NCBI GenBank assembly: GCA_964516745.1
Contig: CAZEYD010000004.1
Location: forward strand, 7,972-71,971
Source: Candidatus Woesearchaeota archaeon
GTDB lineage: Archaea; Nanobdellota; Nanobdellia; Pacearchaeales; GW2011-AR1
Reading direction: 5' to 3'
Length of the DNA: 64,000 nucleotides
Part shown: positions 59,016-64,000 of the stretch, piece after piece
Layout: the number at the start of each line of letters is the position of its first letter
Position numbering within the stretch: the stretch's first letter is position 1
Notes under the pieces: model-generated
Databases searched by the model: none
Told to the model about the DNA's origin: nothing
The model's input: only the letters and a program-made list of their open reading frames with translations
Position numbers and translations under genes: made by a program

Positions 59016-60193
59016 TTTAATCTTATTCTCCCTGTTAGTAATTCTTGCATCATACCTTGTTTAAGATCTACGTATTTATCTCTCTTTGCATCTAATTGCT
59101 CTATTTCTAAATCCATAGATGAAAGGATAGATGCGATTGCTGATTGTTCTTTTGGGTCTTTAGGAGAGGGAAATTTAAATTCTAAAAAAGTAGGAAGTCT
59201 TAAAGAATCAACAGTAGCCTTTACAGAGTTTTTTGTAGCATGATTCTCAAAATTTCGTATTAAACTATAATAAATAAACTTTGCACAATTTGAATTTACA
59301 AAGTTACTAATCTTATATACTCTTTGATGATAATCAAATTTACCATTAATATAATGTATTATTGTGCCTATTCCGCCTTCACCAGGAATTAATATTGCTT
59401 CTCCATCAAAAGAATATGAGTTTATTTTCTTTACTTTTTGAGATCTTACAAAGAAAGGATATTTGCCTTCGTCAACTTCTTCATTTCCGTTTCTTTTTCC
59501 GGTCTTAATATTTGAAATTTCTCCCAATACTTTCTCTTCCCATTCTCCAGTAAATCCTGGCAATATTTTCTTTCCTGTGAGAAGCTCTTGCATTGCTCCT
59601 TGTTTTATGTTTTTTTTCTTCTCAATTAATTTTGTTAAGGATTCAATTAATTCATCAGTGTCTGAGAGGACGGAAGCGATTGCTGATTGTTCTTGTTTAG
59701 ATTTAGGAAAAGGAATTAATAAATTTTGTACAATTTCTTTATTTAAATTATTCTGTGTTCCAGTTTGTCCCATTTGTAAAAATCTTTTTTCGTTTGATGC
59801 TAAGTAATAGTATAAATACTCTATATCTAATTTGTTAGAATTAATTCCTAAAATTGCCTGGTTACAACTAACTTCTACTTTTGCAATTGCACATTTACCA
59901 ATTGATGCATACATTGCAAAAAGTAAGGTATTTTTTTTGAATAATTTGGTAGAACTATTCAATAAACCTTTTTCAGTAATATTTTTTTCAGTTTCAAATA
60001 AGTACTTTTTGATTCTAGTCATATCCGCAATAACTACCCAAGGAATATTGCCTCCATAATATGATTTATTTGTGGTTATAGGAGTTCCTCCTGATGACAT
60101 TTCTGCATAATTTCCTAATCTTTTTACTTCCCAATTCTCAGGTATTATTCCTATTTCAGTTTTTTGATATCCTTTTGGAATTGATTCAGTCAT
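59003..60193 (-). CDS. hsdS: Type I R-M specificity subunit
   Basis: Two TRDs; conserved P...EQSAIAS.LS and KQG.MQELLTG repeats. Confidence 0.96.
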   Translation of the reverse strand: MTESIPKGYQKTEIGIIPENWEVKRLGNYAEMSSGGTPITTNKSYYGGNIPWVVIADMTRIKKYLFETEKNITEKGLLNSSTKLFKKNTLLFAMYASIGKCAIAKVEVSCNQAILGINSNKLDIEYLYYYLASNEKRFLQMGQTGTQNNLNKEIVQNLLIPFPKSKQEQSAIASVLSDTDELIESLTKLIEKKKNIKQGAMQELLTGKKILPGFTGEWEEKVLGEISNIKTGKRNGNEEVDEGKYPFFVRSQKVKKINSYSFDGEAILIPGEGGIGTIIHYINGKFDYHQRVYKISNFVNSNCAKFIYYSLIRNFENHATKNSVKATVDSLRLPTFLEFKFPSPKDPKEQSAIASILSSMDLEIEQLDAKRDKYVDLKQGMMQELLTGRIRLKCQK

Positions 60194-60647
60194 CTAAAGA
60201 AACCCCCTTTAAGAATAACAATAAAATTTTTGCAGCCCACTTAACTAATTCTTTATCATATTGGTTTGATGGCTGTTTATCTCCATGAAAAAAATTACAT
60301 CTTATTTGATATAAAACTTTAAAGAAATCTTCACAACTTTTATGTTCTACATCAAAATATGCTTTTTGAGTTGTGTTTTGCATATTAACAACATATGTTT
60401 TATTTCCATCACTATCTTTTGTTTTAAAATCATCTAGAATAGATTGATTAAAAAATGAATTAGAATAATACGAATTATTGTCCTTGGCAAATTCTATAAT
60501 TTTATTTTTTTCTCCGTTTACATGAGAATATCTTTTATTGAAATAATTATTAAAGTAAAACCAAATCATTGCAAACTTAAACCAATCCTCATACTCTTGA
60601 GTGTTAAAGATTTCAATTATATCTAGCCAATTATTAGTTTGAATCAT
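60186..60647 (-). CDS. HEPN-domain protein (predicted RNase) inside the hsd operon
   Basis: All-helical; RxxxxH motif in YQIRCNFFHGDK; W..FN N-terminal helix. Confidence 0.7.
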   Translation of the reverse strand: MIQTNNWLDIIEIFNTQEYEDWFKFAMIWFYFNNYFNKRYSHVNGEKNKIIEFAKDNNSYYSNSFFNQSILDDFKTKDSDGNKTYVVNMQNTTQKAYFDVEHKSCEDFFKVLYQIRCNFFHGDKQPSNQYDKELVKWAAKILLLFLKGVSLDD

Positions 60648-60650
60648 TTT

Positions 60651-63089
60651 TCACCACTTAAACCCCATTTCTTTTAAATGATTATCAACTGTCAAAGTTA
60701 ATTCTTCTACTTCCTTATTTATTTCTGGAAATGTTGTTTCATATCTTTTAACTAATTCTTTGATTCTTCCAGTTAAATTTTGAGAAATTCTATCAAGTTC
60801 TGATTGTAGTCTTTTGTCTAGTTCACTAAACCATTTATCATCAACAACTAATGTTTTAATTTCTTCAACTGTTAGTTTCGGATATTTAATAAGTAATTTG
60901 TTATCCAGTTCAGTTTCTAAGTCTTTAATTTTTTTCTTGAATTTTTTTTCTTTATCAATTAAAGCTGAATATTTCTTTAGAATATCAAGTTCTTCTTTTT
61001 CTAAATCTCCTTTTTTGATTAATTTAGCTAATTCTTTTGCATTTATGTTTCCTTTATTATTTCTTGCATCTGAGAAAACATCTTCATCTCCAGAGTTTTC
61101 TTCATCAATAGAAGCCATTTCAGAAGTTACTTCTTCTAAAGAATCTTTTAATTGTTGTAATGAATTAAATTCCGAATCAAAAAATCTATTAACAATTAAT
61201 TCCTTAGGTATTAAATCACAAGTCCAACCTTTATCTTTTAATTTTTTATTTTTATCTTCAACTAAAATTCTTTTAACTTCCGCTTTCCATCCATCAATAG
61301 ATAAAATATACATATCATCTTGCATAATTTCAGCCCAATATTCCATTATTTGCTGATAAATATCATATTTATCTATTAATACTAAATTGGAGAAATCTTT
61401 AAGTAAATCTTCAGATAATTCATGAATAACTTTTTTTGGTTTACAGCCTTTATCTAAATTTTTTAAAATTAATTTATGTTTACTGCACCATTTTTTGAAA
61501 ACATCTTCAATAACAGAAGAGAATTTCTTAAAATCATCATGCTCAAAAATAGTTTCATTGATTGATTTAACTTTAACATTAAAATATCCTTCTCTATTTC
61601 CATTTTCAAATAATGAATTTTTCATATTAGGATATGCTTTCCAATACTTTTCTAATTCATCAATATCTTTTTTTGGAATACCTCCAAGTAAATGAGCAGA
61701 GATATTCTGCAAATCTTCTTCTTCTTGGCTATCAATGTAACGAGGAATGTTTAGATTAAATTCATTTTTTTCAATTTCATCAAAACCAACCATTCTTGAA
61801 TACTTTAAGACTTCGATTTGCTTATTGAATACCTGAACTATTTTATGAATATCTTGAGAACGAAGTCTATTTTTATTTCCGTCCTTATAAAATCCTTTAG
61901 AAGCATCAATCATAAAGATGCCTCTTCTACTTTCTGCATTTTCTTTGTCAATTACAATAATGCAAGCAGGAATCCCAGTTCCATAAAATAAATTTGCAGG
62001 AAGTCCAATAATCCCCTTAATATATCCTCTCTTAATTATATTTTTTCTAATATCTGATTCTGCATTTCCTCTGAATAAAACTCCGTGAGGTAAAATGCAT
62101 GCTCCTTTTCCAGTACTTTTCAAAGATTTTATGATGTGTAAAAGGAAAGCATAATCTCCATTTTTGGGAGGAGGCATTCCAAATCCTTCAAATCTTTTAT
62201 ATGTATCAATAATTTCATCTTTTTTGGTTTCAGAATTAAGCACTCTTAATCCATTAGTCCATGATTTAGTAGAAAAGGGAGGATTTGCAACTACAAAATC
62301 AAAAGTTTTTAACTTTGTAGAATCATTTTCATCTTTGTAGTGTGGTGTTGAAATAGTATCATCTTGCCAAATTTCAGCAATCTCATTATCATGTAAAATC
62401 ATATTCATTTTAGCAAGAATTGCTGTTGCATTATCTTTTTCTTGTCCATAAATAGAAATTCCTTTTGGAGCTTCAGCTGCCGCTTTTAATAAAAGCGAAC
62501 CTGAACCACAAGTTGGATCATAAATTGTTTGATCCTGTCTTTCTGCTTTATTTATTTGAATTACTTTTGCAAGAATTCTTGAAACCTCAGAAGGTGTATA
62601 AAATTGACCTTTACTTTTACCTGATTCTGATGCAAAATGTTTCATCAAATATTCATAAGCATCTCCAAGTAAATCATCATTATCAGAGCCATTATTTTTA
62701 AAATCTAAAACTGGATTTTCAAAAATAGCAATAAGATTACTTAATCTATCTACCATTTCTTTTCCTTTCCCAAGTTTTACATCATCATTAAAATCTGCAA
62801 CATCAATTACTCCATTCAAGTCATACTCTTTTGCAATTGGAGCAATTATTTTTTTGTTAATATCATCTCCAATAGTTGGTTTATTTTTTAGTTTAACTAA
62901 GTCTTTAAAACTAGAACCTTCAGGAATTTCTATAAGTGCGTCTTCTTTTGCTTCTGATTTATCCGAAATATACTTAATAAATAATAAAATTAAAACATAA
63001 TCTTTGTATTGAGATGCATCCATTCCACCTCTTAATTCATCGCAAGATTTCCATAATGAACTGTATAGTTGTGATTTTTTAATTGCCAT
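60651..63089 (-). CDS. hsdM: Type I R-M methyltransferase (m6A)
   Basis: GQFYTP, DPTCGSG, NPPF, LPHGVLFRG, NLNIPRY. Confidence 0.97.
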   Translation of the reverse strand: MAIKKSQLYSSLWKSCDELRGGMDASQYKDYVLILLFIKYISDKSEAKEDALIEIPEGSSFKDLVKLKNKPTIGDDINKKIIAPIAKEYDLNGVIDVADFNDDVKLGKGKEMVDRLSNLIAIFENPVLDFKNNGSDNDDLLGDAYEYLMKHFASESGKSKGQFYTPSEVSRILAKVIQINKAERQDQTIYDPTCGSGSLLLKAAAEAPKGISIYGQEKDNATAILAKMNMILHDNEIAEIWQDDTISTPHYKDENDSTKLKTFDFVVANPPFSTKSWTNGLRVLNSETKKDEIIDTYKRFEGFGMPPPKNGDYAFLLHIIKSLKSTGKGACILPHGVLFRGNAESDIRKNIIKRGYIKGIIGLPANLFYGTGIPACIIVIDKENAESRRGIFMIDASKGFYKDGNKNRLRSQDIHKIVQVFNKQIEVLKYSRMVGFDEIEKNEFNLNIPRYIDSQEEEDLQNISAHLLGGIPKKDIDELEKYWKAYPNMKNSLFENGNREGYFNVKVKSINETIFEHDDFKKFSSVIEDVFKKWCSKHKLILKNLDKGCKPKKVIHELSEDLLKDFSNLVLIDKYDIYQQIMEYWAEIMQDDMYILSIDGWKAEVKRILVEDKNKKLKDKGWTCDLIPKELIVNRFFDSEFNSLQQLKDSLEEVTSEMASIDEENSGDEDVFSDARNNKGNINAKELAKLIKKGDLEKEELDILKKYSALIDKEKKFKKKIKDLETELDNKLLIKYPKLTVEEIKTLVVDDKWFSELDKRLQSELDRISQNLTGRIKELVKRYETTFPEINKEVEELTLTVDNHLKEMGFKW

Positions 63090-63253
63090 CTTTATTCACT
63101 TACTCTTTGCAAGTTCTTTACAATTTTAATCTCAAACATTGCACTAAGCTTACAATACTTATTCAAAGCCTTTCTTGCTTTTAATTCTTTCGAGTTCTCA
63201 ATATGAATCTGAATATTTTAAAAATAAATTATTATAATTATATTATCAAATAT

Positions 63254-63982
63254 CTAATCTAATTCTTTAATAAATTTGTTTATTATATCATATGCTTCAA
63301 GAAATTTATCGTAGTCTTCTCTTTTATATAACATTTCATTAGCTAGGAAATCTTCATTTTGTCTAGAGAACATATCTTTATTGTGCATAATATTGTTCCT
63401 GAACAATCTTAAACAATTAATTTTCTCTTTAATCTTTTTATTAGAAATTTTCCCAAAGTAAATTATTTTTTTATTATCTGCAAATTTTATTAAATCTAAA
63501 AATTCTAATTGTTGAAAAGGTGGTAAGTTCTCTTTCTCAAAGTGTTCTTCATATCTTTCTATTTTTGTCTTATTCTCAATTCCCTTTTTTTGTAAATATT
63601 TCAAGAAATCCTCATTGTTATTTTTTTGTAATACAAGTTTTTTCCTTAAAGCAGTTTCAAAAAGATTAATCATTGTATAAAAATAGATATAACCTATTGA
63701 ACTAATTAAATCAGAGAAGTGTATTACTCCAACTATTTTTTTATTTTTAAATACAAATAAGATATCTTTTTTTCTTGTTTTTTTTATAAAATCAGAAATA
63801 TTTTCCTTTGAAGAAATACTATCTTTAACTCCAATTTTGTTTTTTTTAAATTTTTGACTAATCTTATCAAAAAACATATATTCTTTACTGGTTTCATTTA
63901 ATGGTAATCTATCTATATCTCTTTCTTTGCAAAATAAGTTTGGGAGATCTTTCCCATTAAAGAAATAGGGTGGACTTTTCAT
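63254..63982 (-). CDS. CBS-like plus HEPN-domain protein (possibly 5'-partial)
   Basis: LFVFKNKKIVGVIHFSDL CBS-like end, FETALR HEPN helix, RNNIMH RxxxxH; frame stays open to the window edge. Confidence 0.65.
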   Translation of the reverse strand: MKSPPYFFNGKDLPNLFCKERDIDRLPLNETSKEYMFFDKISQKFKKNKIGVKDSISSKENISDFIKKTRKKDILFVFKNKKIVGVIHFSDLISSIGYIYFYTMINLFETALRKKLVLQKNNNEDFLKYLQKKGIENKTKIERYEEHFEKENLPPFQQLEFLDLIKFADNKKIIYFGKISNKKIKEKINCLRLFRNNIMHNKDMFSRQNEDFLANEMLYKREDYDKFLEAYDIINKFIKELD

Positions 63983-64000
63983 TATTTTATTGATTAATAC

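Noticed and set aside
59133..59694. 19-bp direct repeat GCGATTGCTGATTGTTCTT in hsdS
   Set aside because: Matches the normal duplicated conserved regions of HsdS; no silent hsdS copies or inverted repeats indicating a shufflon.
60814..61356. 180-aa + strand ORF and the many other short antisense or alternate-frame ORFs in the track
   Set aside because: Shadow frames of well-supported genes with Ser/Phe/Ile-biased composition.
63093..63214. About 40 open codons on the minus strand just before hsdM
   Set aside because: No start codon at the 5' end and no recognisable motif; at most a gene remnant.

Overview
AT-rich archaeal chromosome segment, most consistent with a reduced DPANN lineage (Pacearchaeota/Woesearchaeota-like; inferred from the unsplit RNA polymerase A subunit, bacterial-type LeuRS and divergent core genes). 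1-50.8 kb is mostly core genome: rpoH-B-A-L30e-nusA-S12-S7, S17e-Alba, proteasome alpha, SBDS, LeuRS, oapABC, CCA enzyme, TrmB, signal peptidase, presenilin, PolB, FEN1, ligase, TBP and a SWIM-SNF2 helicase, interspersed with large surface proteins and orphans. From about 53.8 kb a decayed tRNA-targeting island begins: tRNA 3' remnant, 1 kb AT-rich spacer, truncated tyrosine integrase, then a complete type I restriction-modification operon carrying two predicted HEPN RNases (one between hsdM and hsdS, one fused to a CBS-like domain). Best leads: the dual-HEPN type I R-M locus, a Leu-rich upstream peptide plus hairpin before leuS, a chimeric LeuRS with an inserted HAD-like domain, a giant adhesin splitting oapABC, and a duplicated orphan gene with its promoter bracketing the SNF2 region. 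All family calls come from motif recognition by eye; no database search was run.
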